Shown: piece by piece, positions 21,224 to 32,359 of the stretch
Layout: every line of letters starts with the position of its first letter
How positions within the stretch are numbered: the first letter of the stretch is position 1
From: Blastocladiella emersonii ATCC 22665
Taxonomy: Eukaryota; Fungi; Blastocladiomycota
Length of the DNA: 64,000 bases
Reading direction: 5' to 3'
Assembly (NCBI GenBank): GCA_025594325.1
Contig: JANHCV010000001.1
Location: 62,001-126,000 of the forward strand
Position numbers and translations under genes: made by a program
Notes under the pieces: generated by a model
What the model was told of the DNA's origin: nothing
The model's database searches: none
The model's input: only the letters and a program-made list of their open reading frames with translations

Positions 21224-22130
21224 TGCAAGAAGGGTGAGGAAGTGGAGGGGTAGACGGCGGCAAGGCCGCTCGGCGGACGGCGGGCTGGGTGGCGGGGCGG
21301 GGACGGCAGGCTGGGTGGCGGGGCGGGGACGGCTAGGGACACGGCTGTCCAACCCCGATTTCAGCGGGTCCGATCGGGTTTTCGGCGGTTTTCTCGCTCC
21401 CCCCGCAAGCCACAAACCCGGTCTCAAGCTTATCAGATAGAGCGCAACGAGGCGCACACGTGGGTGCCAGTCGCGTCGCGATGTCTCGCACCTGGCTGGA
21501 GAACGGGGCGATCTTGGCTCCGAAACGCGTGGACCCGAGCGTCCCACGACTCCCACGACCTCAGTTTTCAACCCCACATCTTTTAACTTCACACAGTGGT
21601 AGCAGTCTATGCATAGTGCGTTCTCAAAAGGTTTGAACCAGATCCACGCCAAGGTGTTGTCAGGGCGGGCGCTCGCGCGAAGTTCATAACTTTGGCGGCG
21701 TCTCCCAGCTCAGCCATTAGGCGATGCGCCACGCTAAAAATCTCGGGCCCTGACAGTATCGATAGCTACAATTTTGATGAGCAAATTTTTGAGAGTGTAG
21801 ATGAAAAAGTGGTTTAGATTTGAGGGGGTGGGGTGAGGGACACCAGTGTGCCATGTTCGTCTATGGGTTAAACCTGGCTTCCTGGCCGGGATTGCAGTTT
21901 ACAGAGGGTGAAACCCATGTTCGACTGAAGGGGTTCAACGTAGATTTCCCGCTGGTTAAATTGGCCGCTTCGGACGGTTCGGACAGCGCGTGTCCGATTA
22001 GGATGCTGAACTCAATTGGACAGAGCTGTCCGATCGGACACGTTCTGTCCAATTGGACACGCTCCGTCCAAAGCAGCAAAACGCATCTAAACGCGCTACC
22101 GTTAAATGCGATTTTGGGGGTTCAGGAAAT

Positions 22131-23170
22131 TCAAATGCAGCTCAGAAAAGATTGAAGCGAAAAAGAAAAGAGTTCGAAAACAAAGGACGTCAAATTCAGC
22201 CCGTAGGCCGCTCGCTCCCCAACCCCCACCATCAACCCCTCCTCCTCCTCGTACTTCTTGACCGCGGAGAACAGTCGCTTGAGCGACTCGACCACGACCA
22301 CGACCACGAGGTCGTTGCACGCCTGAGCTCCTTGATCGACGGCGCCGCCGCAGCGCGTTGCGCTTGGCCGAGGAAGTTGACCTGGCGCTGCGTGTGGATC
22401 TGCGACTTGAACGAGTGCTCGTCGAGCGGGACCGCCGGGCACATCTTGTCGCGCTTGGCCGTGATAGTGTTGAGTGCCGCGCGCCGCGGCCTGGGTCTAG
22501 TTGGCCTGGCACTGCATGTGGAAGCGCTCGCGCTTGAGGTTGCGCACGCCGTCGGGGGTGACGCGGCCGCGGTACTAGACGTGCTCGAGCTTGAGCCACG
22601 GGAGGATGTTGCCTAGAAATCGCGGGGGCGAGAGGTCAGTGGGATAACTCGCGCGGCGGCACCGTGCGCAAGCATACCGCGTGCGTTGACTGCTTGGGAG
22701 CCAAACAGGCGTCGCGGATCACGCCGGGTGCGCCCGCGAGCGTGAGCGCGGTCTTGTCGAGCACGATGGGGCGGAGGCCGCGTCACGAGCGAGGCCTACA
22801 TAGACGAGGTGGCGTTCGCTGTCAGCGCGGTGCTCAGGGAATGCGAGGGCGGGCAGACTGGCGCATACGCTTCCAGGAGCTGCGCGAGTTCTTGGCGAAG
22901 GGCTTGAGGCGGTGGCCGAGCCAGACGTCGGCCGCGGAGCTGGGCGGGGAGGCGAGGAACACGACGAGACGAAGCGTCACGGACGCGCGACGAAGCCCAA
23001 CATGGTGAGGAAGCTGGGTGCGGATCGGGGGTGGTGGAGGAGTGGACCGCTGAGGCGGTGATGTGTTGCGTGAGGGCGTGTGGAAGAGCCGGTGCGAGGG
23101 GCGGCGGGCGGGCGCTAAAGTGAGGGCGAGCCAGTGGCGTCGATCAGCGCGAGCGAAAAGCAGTTGCGCC
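22131..23170 (-). pseudogene. Degraded gene of unknown family
   Basis: Coding-like frame LGNILPWLKLEHV*YRGRVTPDGVRNLKRERFHMQCQAN*TQAAAR.. with TAG stops at probable CAG codons; intron-like segment near 22620-22670. Confidence 0.3.
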
Positions 23171-23485
23171 ATCGTCAGCGGGGCCCATGTGACCGGTTGA
23201 CGGGGCCTCTGCCGCTCGACCGCTGCTCGAAAAAACGCCAAGTCCCGAGAGCGGGCTGCTCACGCTCTTGAGGCACCACCGCTAGAGCCACTGAAGGTGG
23301 CGTGTGGTGACGGAGGAAACCACGCAGAACCGTAGGTGATGGATAAGCCACTTCACGTGATATTCGTAGACTAATAAAACCAAAACAAACGACCCAGTCT
23401 GAACCCCGCCTTGAGCGGCACGCCCGACCGGATGAGAAAAACAAAGGGAGAGGAGACGCGGCCGCGGCCGCGTGGGTGGGCCCGG

Positions 23486-23575
23486 TCTGCGTGGTTTCCT
23501 CCGTCACCACACGCCACCTTCAGTGGCTCTAGCGGTGGTGCCTCAAGAAACCACGCAGAACCGTAGGTGATGGAT
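23486..23575. repeat. DIRS internal complementary region (ICR)
   Basis: 23486-23548 is the reverse complement of 23266-23328; 23549-23575 is complementary to the element's 5' start. Confidence 0.92.
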
Positions 23576-23768
23576 TTTTCGTGCCGTAGCCACGACCCCA
23601 AGCACGCGGGCGCCGCGGACGCGGCGCGTGGCGGCGGTCCCACTTGGCCGCAGAGCGCGATCTTGACCATGGTGCGGGACGGGCGGCAGAGGACGAGGAA
23701 CAGGTGCACCGCGAGTGCGAGGAGCTGGAGCACGCGGCGGGCCGAGGAAAGACGCGTTTCGGGCGAGC

Positions 23769-26000
23769 TCAGCTGTCCGAGTCGCGCCACGCGTCGTGTC
23801 GTAGCTGCCAGACGAAGACACCCAATGCCAACAGATGAACACGGTGCGTAGTCGGCGACTCCCGCAGCACCGCGCTGGAAGGCAGGTGCAGCGGCTTGGC
23901 CGTCGCGAGCGGGAGCAGCGCCGGGTACCACGGCTGCGACTGCCACGCCGGCGTGACAAGGATCAGATCGCAAATCCGCGCCGATCGCACCCGTTGGGCG
24001 ACCCGCGCGATCTGGTTCGGCGGCGGAAACGCGTACGCGCCCGTCCTCGGCCACTGGAACTTGAACGCGTCGGTGCCCAGTGCTTGCGGATCTGGCTGCA
24101 GCGAGTAGTAGGCCGGGAGCTGCGTGTTGACTCGGTCGGCGAACAGGTCGACCGTTGGGCTCGCGCGCAGCGCCGCCATGGCGCGCTTGAACGCCGCCAA
24201 CGTCAGCGAGTACTGGTGCCGATTGACGAGGACCCGGCTCGCGCAGTCCGCTGCCACGTTCTCAACGCCCTTGATGAACAACGCCGTCAGGTGGATGTTG
24301 TACTCGAGCAGGAGCGACCACAGCTCCTTGGCCAGCGCCAGCAGCTTGGGCGACGCCGTGCCGCCCTGCTTGTTGACCATGGCGATCGCCGTTGTGTTGT
24401 TGGACCGGAGCTGCACCGCCCGACCCGACCACTCGCGGCACTTGATCTTGACGGCGAACAGGATCGTCTTGAGCTCGCGGTAGTTGCTTGACTGCGCCGC
24501 CTCCCACGGCGACCACGACCCCTGCGTTGTGCCGTCCGAGAAAACGATCCCCCAGCCCGTCTGGCTGGCGTCCGTTGTGGTCGTGAACTCGATGGCCGCG
24601 GTTGGCGGGATGAACAAACGACCGTTCCAGCGACGAACGTTGGTCACCCACCACGTCAGCTCCTTGCGGGCGCTCGGCGAGATCGGAATTGTCGCCGCCC
24701 ACGACAACGTGCGCGCGAGGCCAAATGACAGGCAGCGCTGGAGCCACCGCTGCTGGATCAGCGCTGGCTGGAACCCCTGCGCCGTCGAGTTGAGCATGCC
24801 GAGGACCGCTGCCAGCCGGCGCGCCGAGCACCGACCCGCCGCAAGCAGCGAGCGGCACTCGCGCTCGATCTTGCGGACCTTCTCCTTGGGGAGCGACAGC
24901 GTCATGTTGGTCGTGTTGATCTTGAACCCGAGGAACGTCTGGACGCGGGCGGGGACGAGGCACGACTTGGTCAGGTTCAGGGTGTAGCCCAGGGCCAGCA
25001 GCTGGCGAGCGAGAGCGGCGAGAGTCGCGCGCACCTGCTCGGGCGTCTCGCCAATCACCAGAATGTTGTCGATGTACTGGACGAACTTGTGCCCCGCCGC
25101 GCGCAACGGCTGGAGCGCGCCCTGGATCACCTTGGTGAACAGGCGCGGCGCCAACCCAAGACCAAACGGGAGGACGCGCCAGCGCCACGTCCGACCGGCC
25201 CAGTTGAAGGCCAGGAAGTCGCGGTGCGCGGGGTGCACTGGCACACTGTGGTACGCTGACTTGAGGTCGAGCTTGGCCAGGTAGCATCCCCTGGACAGCA
25301 TCGGCGTCGCCACTGCGAGCGACTCCATCTTGAACGAGTTGCGCGTCAGGTGCTCAGACAGCTCCAACATGTCGAAGCAGAGCCGGTCCTTGTTGGGCTA
25401 GCGGACAAGGAACGGCGACGACAGGTACCGCGGACGCGGGCACGGCTCCACTGCCCCCGTCGCGATGAGCTCGTCGATCTGCAGCGTGATCTTGGCCAGG
25501 TCCTTGTCCGAGTGGCGGAACTCGCGCATCGGCGCCGCCAAACGATCCGGCGGCGGCGTCATGAACAACAGGCGGACGCCCTTGGTCGCCATCTTGCGCG
25601 CCTCGACGTTGGTCGTCCTCGAGGCCCACTGGTCCGCCCTCATGGACGTGTTGACCACCTCGAGCAGGAAACGCGTGCCCTTGGCGAGCGTTGACAGGAA
25701 GATCTCGTCCTTGGAGCTGGCCGCCGGCGCGACTGTTGCAACGGCCGCTAGTTGAGCTTTGGGTTGGACTGCGGCTGCTGTTGAGGCTGCTGCTGTTGAG
25801 GCCGCTGCTGTTGAGGTTGCTGGTACTGCTGCTGGTACTGCTGGTGGCCGCGGAAGCCACCGCGACCCCAGCCGCGCCCCTGCGCGGCTGGGGCGCCTTG
25901 GGAAGATGCGGCGCCGCCACGACCACTGCCGTCGCCGCCCAAGGCGTTTCCCGCCCTGTTGGCGAGCTTGATGATAACGTTGGTAGACTGGACCATGCAA
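23769..26000 (-). pseudogene. DIRS pol: reverse transcriptase, RNase H and N6-adenine methyltransferase-like domain
   Basis: RT: KLDLKSAY, LPFGL, YIDNILV. RNase H: TTDASQTGWG, NYRELKTI, RSNNTTA. MT: VDLFAD...AYAFPP...LVTPAWQSQPWYP. In-frame TAG at 25398-25400. Confidence 0.9.
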
Positions 26001-26905
26001 GCGGCGTCGAAGGTGCGCTCGACATTGGGACCAAAGAGGAACCGGTCACTGTCGCTGGGGACCAAGCGGACGAACTCGGCGACCGCCGCCGGGAAGCGGG
26101 CGCCAGCGGCCACGTTGTTGCGACGCGCAGCTTCAAGAAGGCCGAAATGGTGCCGGTTGTGCGCGAGCTGGTCGCGCGCTGCATCGTGCATGGCCCAGAG
26201 GGTTGCGACGAGACGAGGGGGATGCGGGTACGTCTCGATGAGCTGCTGGCCTGCCCCGTCAAGGACGGGCTGGCCTTCGGCGTCGAACATGGGCTCGGGC
26301 GGGTAGACGAAGCCGGCGAGGTCGTCCAGACCGAGCGCGTCACCAGCGGCGTCGCCGTAGCAGCGGCGGAAGCCGTCTGGATCGACGCGGCGTAGAAGCT
26401 CTTGAGCGTAGTGCAGCTGCTGTAGCGCGACGCGAGCACCGAGGTTAAGCTCGGACTGGTAGTCGCGCAGGCGCTTCTCAACCACAGCATGGGTCCAGCT
26501 GGTACCGGAAGCGCCCTCGAAGCCGACGCGGGCGAACACGTTGATCTCGGACAGCGAGTTGAAGAGAGGATGATTAGGCGCGGGGTACTGCTGGCCGAAT
26601 CCGTGGTTCTGGAGGCGGCCACCCGCGCGGTTGTCGATGAAGGAGTCCAGAAGCGGCTGCGTGAGGGCATGACCGCCGCGGGCGCGCTTGTACCAGCTGG
26701 CGAGAGCCCTGCCGCGTGGAGGGTACGCGCGGTGCAAGGGCGCCAGTGGGGAGGACGCATCAGGATCAGCTTCTGCTTGTTGTTGTTCATGTTGCTGCTG
26801 CTGTCGTTGCTGCTGCTGTTGCTGCTGCCCGAGCTGCTGGCGGAGTACAGCGACTTCCTGCTGGAGGCCGAGGAACGCCTGGCCCAGGACTGCTGCATCG
26901 TCCAT
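25748..26905 (-). CDS. DIRS ORF1 (gag-like)
   Basis: 385-aa open frame first in the element, overlapping pol in another frame; Q-rich ends. Confidence 0.7.
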   Translation of the reverse strand: MDDAAVLGQAFLGLQQEVAVLRQQLGQQQQQQQRQQQQHEQQQAEADPDASSPLAPLHRAYPPRGRALASWYKRARGGHALTQPLLDSFIDNRAGGRLQNHGFGQQYPAPNHPLFNSLSEINVFARVGFEGASGTSWTHAVVEKRLRDYQSELNLGARVALQQLHYAQELLRRVDPDGFRRCYGDAAGDALGLDDLAGFVYPPEPMFDAEGQPVLDGAGQQLIETYPHPPRLVATLWAMHDAARDQLAHNRHHFGLLEAARRNNVAAGARFPAAVAEFVRLVPSDSDRFLFGPNVERTFDAACMVQSTNVIIKLANRAGNALGGDGSGRGGAASSQGAPAAQGRGWGRGGFRGHQQYQQQYQQPQQQRPQQQQPQQQPQSNPKLN

Positions 26906-27124
26906 GAAAGAGTAGTGTGTGTAGAGCAGATTGCGTGGAGTTACAGGGCGACAGCGTCGCCGTGGACCAAATCAGTTGCCGGTCGGGCGTGACGTGAAGA
27001 GGCGGGGTTCAGACCGGGTCGTTTGTTTTGGTTTTATTAGTCTACGAATATCACGTGAAGTGGCTTATCCATCACCTACGGTTCTGCGTGGTTTCTCTCC
27101 CCCGCTCGCTGCCGCCGGCGCCCC

Positions 27125-27800
27125 ATGAAGCTTTATCCACCACCGCCGGCCGTCACCGCTTTGCTCGAGCTCGGCCTCCGTGCCCGCTTGCTCGCGACCG
27201 AGTATGCGCGCCCGCCGCACCACGCTGACGCCGTCACGATCTTGACCGGGCCTCTTGACGAGCTGCACCTGGACCTGCGGCTCGAGCACAACACCATCAT
27301 GCACCCCGTCTCCCTGCCCGCCGACGGTTCGCCGCTTCCCACCCGCGAGGTAGCGTCGCCGCGGCGCGTGGCGCGCGACCCTGCAGAAGCTGCGCGCCAA
27401 GCACGACACGCACGCGCTTGATCCACCGTCGCCCAACGGTCGCGCGGGTCGTCCATGGCGCGCAGCCCAACGACTGCGTGTCGTCGGCGCTGCTGTTCTC
27501 GTCCTTCTGCTGCTCGCGGTCCACATCCGCCTTCATTGGGACTAAGACTACGGTGCACGCGCACGCCGCGCTCGTCGAGGTGCTCGCCGTCGGCTTGTTT
27601 GCCATGAAGGCCATCGCCGTCGTTCAGCCGCTCCTCACCCTCGTGTGCGCTTTCATCGACTACGTGGCCCTCGTCCGTCTGCCCGCGCACTCGCACGGGA
27701 CGCGTGAGCCCTACCACAACGCGCTCCGCGAGCTGCGAGAGTACCCCGAGATCCTTCAGGGCGAGATCGACAAGTACCGCGGCAAGCCTGCTGCTGGCGG
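27125..27800 (+). pseudogene. Possible Plavaka/CMC-like transposase remnant
   Basis: LVCAFIDYVALVRLPAHSHGT...NALREL resembles the DF-x-Y-x4-HT..TL...AL segment of Plavaka transposases. Fragmentary, recognised by eye only. Confidence 0.3.
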
Positions 27801-30800
27801 CGGTGGCAGCGGCGAATCGGGCGGTGCGGCCGACGGCGGTGGCGGCGACAAGGAGCAGGTCGGCGAACCTTGTCGCCCCATGCCGACGCGCTTCATGGCC
27901 TGTGTAGTACGTCGCGTTTCCGCCCCGACCTGCTCGCGTCGACTCGCCGCGAGTACTTGCAGGTGCTCACGTCGCGCGTACCTTGTCGTCCCTCGCCGCG
28001 CGCGGCCTCGTCACTGTCCAGTTCTCCCCGTGTGTCGACGCATCGACCACAAGCTCGCCCGAGGGTCTCTAGTCCGCTGGCGGCGGGTCGGGCCCGACCC
28101 ACACCGCCGCCCGGCCGCTCGTGGCCAAGGCGGGCTTCCCGCCTGAGCAGCCTTGCTCGCGGATCACGCGCCGCATCCGCGGCTCCTCTCGGACGGCGGA
28201 GTCTCCACGCTGGTGTCGCTGTATATATATTTCGAGCGCGTTGCATTCTTGATCCTCTCATTTCCTGCTGGTTCGCGTCAATTTTCTCCTCGCGTGAGTT
28301 AGCTCTCTATTTCGACTTGGCCGGGCAACGGGCCAGCGGATTCGAGGTCCTGGCATTTAATTTGAGGGCCGATTCCTTGCGGTTACGGCTTTCCGAAGGC
28401 GGGGGATCGACTTCTCTTCGTTAAGTTGGGATGTGAGGCATCCGCCAGCAAGTGAGCTCGAAGCGATTTATTTTCCTAAGTTGAGATTTCGAGCCCACGA
28501 GGGGCCAGGCAATTTTTATTCGGGGGTGGGGTCGGCCCATTTAATTTTTAAGCTGTCCGATCGGCCCGCAAGCGTGTCCGAAGAAGCCAAACGGGGCCGC
28601 CCTGTCCGACCACCGAGGCCACTTCTACGATGCCTTTGCGACACGTATGCGGTTGCGGATTGCGGTCGTGGATCGAGCTTCCTGGTTTGACGCCTACCGG
28701 CGCGGCAGGCCAAACGGCCAAAAAAAGGCTGATTTTCTTCAATTGTTTGTACGTGATCGCATACTGGTTTGACTCGTACAAGTTGACGAGAGCGAGCGAG
28801 TGAAGGACCGCTTCCGCTAGCACGAATGGACAACAATTGCCAGCCTCGAGTAAAGCTGGTGAGCCCTGGTACTTAACTTGCGCACAAGTCAGCGCTTCTG
28901 CGAGAGCGCACGGGACGGTCGCTCAACCAGTGAAGCACGTCCACGGCGCTGAACCGGCACGTTGCAAATCTTTCCAGACTTGAATAAGGTGCATGCGATC
29001 CAGTCGGTGCGATTGGGCGCCTGGAACGCATCAAAAGCCATTTCAGAGAGCTGCGAAGGGTGCTATTCATTTGCTTGAACACAGGGTCGCGGAACGGCCA
29101 TGCTCAAGCTGCCTCTGACGCTGGTAGAACATGTAACACCGCGTGATCGAGCTTCGCTATCTGCCACGCGACACTTTTAGAGTTGAAACGCGACGTGAAC
29201 GTTTCCAGCTTCATGGTAGAGTCATGGATCAGTAGGCGACATTCCGTTCGTCACTCAAGGGCGGGTCTCCGACTTGGCGAGCGGCCCTATCAACTAGCTG
29301 AAGCTGCCGGCGGTCAAATCAAAAGCGGACATGACTTCTTCTGATGCGCTGGGAGCGACAGGCGCGGCTCGTCAGCGGCTGGCGGTGCCTGTGTTACGGG
29401 TTCGGCGCGGCGCTCGAATCGCGCAAGAATACATAAACTAAGCGCAATTTGGAAGAAGTCCATGTGTTTAAGACATTGCATCAAGTGGTATCTGCAGCAT
29501 ACGTAAACTATGCCCGGAAGGTGGAGGGAGCAACTGAGTGAGCTGTGGCAGGCGTGTGAACTCCATCGTCCAAAGCCACCGCAGGGCCATGTTGGCCACG
29601 TCCGTTCACGCTTGGCCTGCGAGCTCGTCCAGGCGCAAGATCCCCTCAAAACGCGATGAATGACCTTTGCGGCTCGCTTGAGAACCTCGCGTGAGCTGCG
29701 GTGCGATCCGGCCGCTGCGATGTGCTTGGTACTCGCTCTCGTGCGGCTGAGTTCAGCCACATCAGCAATATTCGCCTGTCGTCGCGCAGGCAAGAGAGCC
29801 GAAGGCATGAGCTCGCTCTTGGTCTGTTCGTGCGACTGTGACACGGTTATCAGACCCGGCTCGCTTCTTGGCCCCTGTTTATGAAGGAAACGGTGGGCGC
29901 TCGCTGTGGACACGAATGCGCGGGACGGAACGGCGAGGTGCGACCCCAGCAACTGTCATGACAAGGGTCTCGTCGCTTCCAAACCCTAACCAACATCTAA
30001 GCTTTGATCGACTCGAGAACAAAGGGAGTAACCGCGCGGCCGCGTCACGACCCAGAACGCGTTGTGCTTGCCCTATTCCTCCCTCCTCCCCTCGCAGTCC
30101 TGCTTTCAAGTGCGGCTTGTCGTGTTTGTCGACCGCGCGTTTCAAGGCTGGCGAAACTGAGCGAGAGTCGTGGCACGGCGGGTTGCGAGACGGGCTGCGA
30201 GACGCGTCGCGAAAACACGTGTGCGGTCACCCGCACGTGACACAGCTTGGCGTGGACTTTGCCCCGAGCGCGAGTCGGGCGAGCGAGTGACTCTCCGCCG
30301 CGCCGCGCGCGGTCCCCGCTCCCTCACTCATCGTCACTCGCTGCAATGTATCACCCGTCCGCCAACGAAGCACCCTACGACCTCGACGCACGGCAACCAC
30401 GCGGCCACCGTCAACAGGTACGCGTCGCATCCCGCTGCCGCGCCCCCCGCCTCGCGCTTGGCTCCCATCGCGCCGACCGTCGTGTTGCACTCCCGTGGCG
30501 GTGCGCCCGGCGTGGAGTGCTTCACCCTCTGCTCTGGCCCGCCGTCGACGCACCGCGAGCCCAGCGGCGTCGTCGCTGCCGCGCGTGCGCACCGTCGTGC
30601 GCGGGTTCCGCCGCGCTCGTCCTTCGGGCGCAGCACGGCGCAGCGCAAGGGGACCCACCGGGCTACCAGCCGCGTGCGCGCTCTTCAAAGGTGCTGACAC
30701 CTGTGCGGTGCCCATGTAGCCGCCGGCGCGCGTCCGCCGCCAGGGACTCGACATTTGCCAACTCATGGACCTGAGACCATCGAGCCAGCCTCGCTCGCGA

Positions 30801-32359
30801 CGGTACGCCGTCTCCGCCACACCACCTCCGCGTGTCTCATGCACTCACGCTGCACGCTCGCGCCAGTAGCGCCGACAGGCTCGCTCAAGCGGTTCGGCCG
30901 CGCCCACCACGTGGGCCAAGTCCCAGTCGCAGGTACGCTTGACTCTTCTCGTCGCTACGCAAGAGTTGGCGCGCGACTGACATGCTCGCTCACATTGCTC
31001 CTTGTAGCCCCTCGTGATCCACTGGTCTCTCGCTGCACCATCGAACCGCCTCGTCTCGACGGATTAACAACTGATGCGCAGCATCCGCAAGCTGTAGGGT
31101 GCCGATTTTCAAGACGACGCGGTACGCCCTCCTCACCCGCCGCTTGAGGCGCAGCGCGACTCACATGAGCTCTCGGACCTTTGTTGCTTGTAGCAGCGAT
31201 CTCTGACCACCATCTCGCCCGGCCGGTTTCTGTACTCGGCATCGTGCCGCTAGCTGACCGCGGATCGCGTCAAGCGCGAGGCGCGTGCTGTCCGGTCGGT
31301 CACGGGTGGCGGCTCCAAGGACGGCGACCTGGTGCCGGCGACAGCGTCCGCGGTCTGCTCGGGTACCTGCTTGTTGTGCATCGTCGTCGCGCATGGGCCG
31401 GGATTCCGACTCGCATGCCGCGCGACCCGCGGTGGTGGCGCCCTGACCTGTATCTGAGATCTCCCTTGTACGCAATACACTCGCAAATTTGCACCAAAAC
31501 GCAGTCCCCATCTTGAGAATATGCCAACAATTCGTGCGCCAACCGGGTCGCTCGCCTCACCAATTGGCCATCAAATCTGCCACCAAGTCGCAGCAGATTG
31601 AACGGCAATTGGTTGCAAATTTGCTGTCCTAGCCGACCCGCGGGCCGCCGCTCAGTTTGATGCAAAGTTGCTCAGGTTTAAAATTTGCCTCCAAACCGTG
31701 TAACTTGGCCGCAAATTCGCAAGGCCCGGATTTCCAATGATGCAATGCAAGGATGCGTTTTCAGCGGCGAGGGGCGGACCAAAAGAAATCGGTGTGGCGG
31801 AGCGATGTTCCGCCGGCGTGTTGGCGTACAACGACCTGCGCACAGCGTTGATCTTGGACATACCGCTTATGATCAAGCGCGACGTCCTTGGCGCCAGCCC
31901 CGTTGGCGTCATGGCTGCCATGCGCAACGCCGCCGACCTGCAGCAGTACCCGCCCGCGATCCTTTCACTGTTCCCGCAGGTCGAGACAAAGAAGCTCGGC
32001 CGCACTGAGGCGTGGCACGTGCTCAACGTCGTGGTCGAGGTGCCAGCGGCCAACACCAAGGGCAACAAGGCCAACGGCGCCAATGCTGACGCGGCCCTGT
32101 TGTTGTTGTTGTTCTGATCGCGCAAACGCGCGCCTGCGCTTGTGTGCGGTGCCCACAACAGCGATGTCAACGACCTGCCCTTGTCAATCTCGCGGCGTAC
32201 AGCGCCCGACGTGACCAAGCGCCGCTTCTGCCGCGCGCACAAGCGTGTCCTGCGCTCGCTCTTTGCGGCGGGCACTGCGTGCGACATCAACGTGGCAACC
32301 CGCTGGCTCAAGGAGCGTATTGTTACGCGCAATGACCACCTCGCGCACCAGGTGCCGCC

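Larger units (their letters stand above)
23266..27096 (-). mobile_element. DIRS1-type retrotransposon, termini complete, tyrosine recombinase missing
   Basis: 96-bp ITRs (23316-23411 / 27000-27095, one mismatch), right extension 23266-23315, internal complementary region 23486-23575, TCT at both junctions, gag plus RT/RNase H/MT ORFs. Confidence 0.92.

Noticed and set aside
29314-29952. CRYHLMQ as a MULE transposase CxxH motif
   Set aside because: The motif straddles a probable splice acceptor, and no DDE context or TIRs were found.
31480-31730. GCAAATTTG-rich cluster as a transposon end (similar words near 16900-16940)
   Set aside because: No terminal inverted repeat or partner end could be defined.
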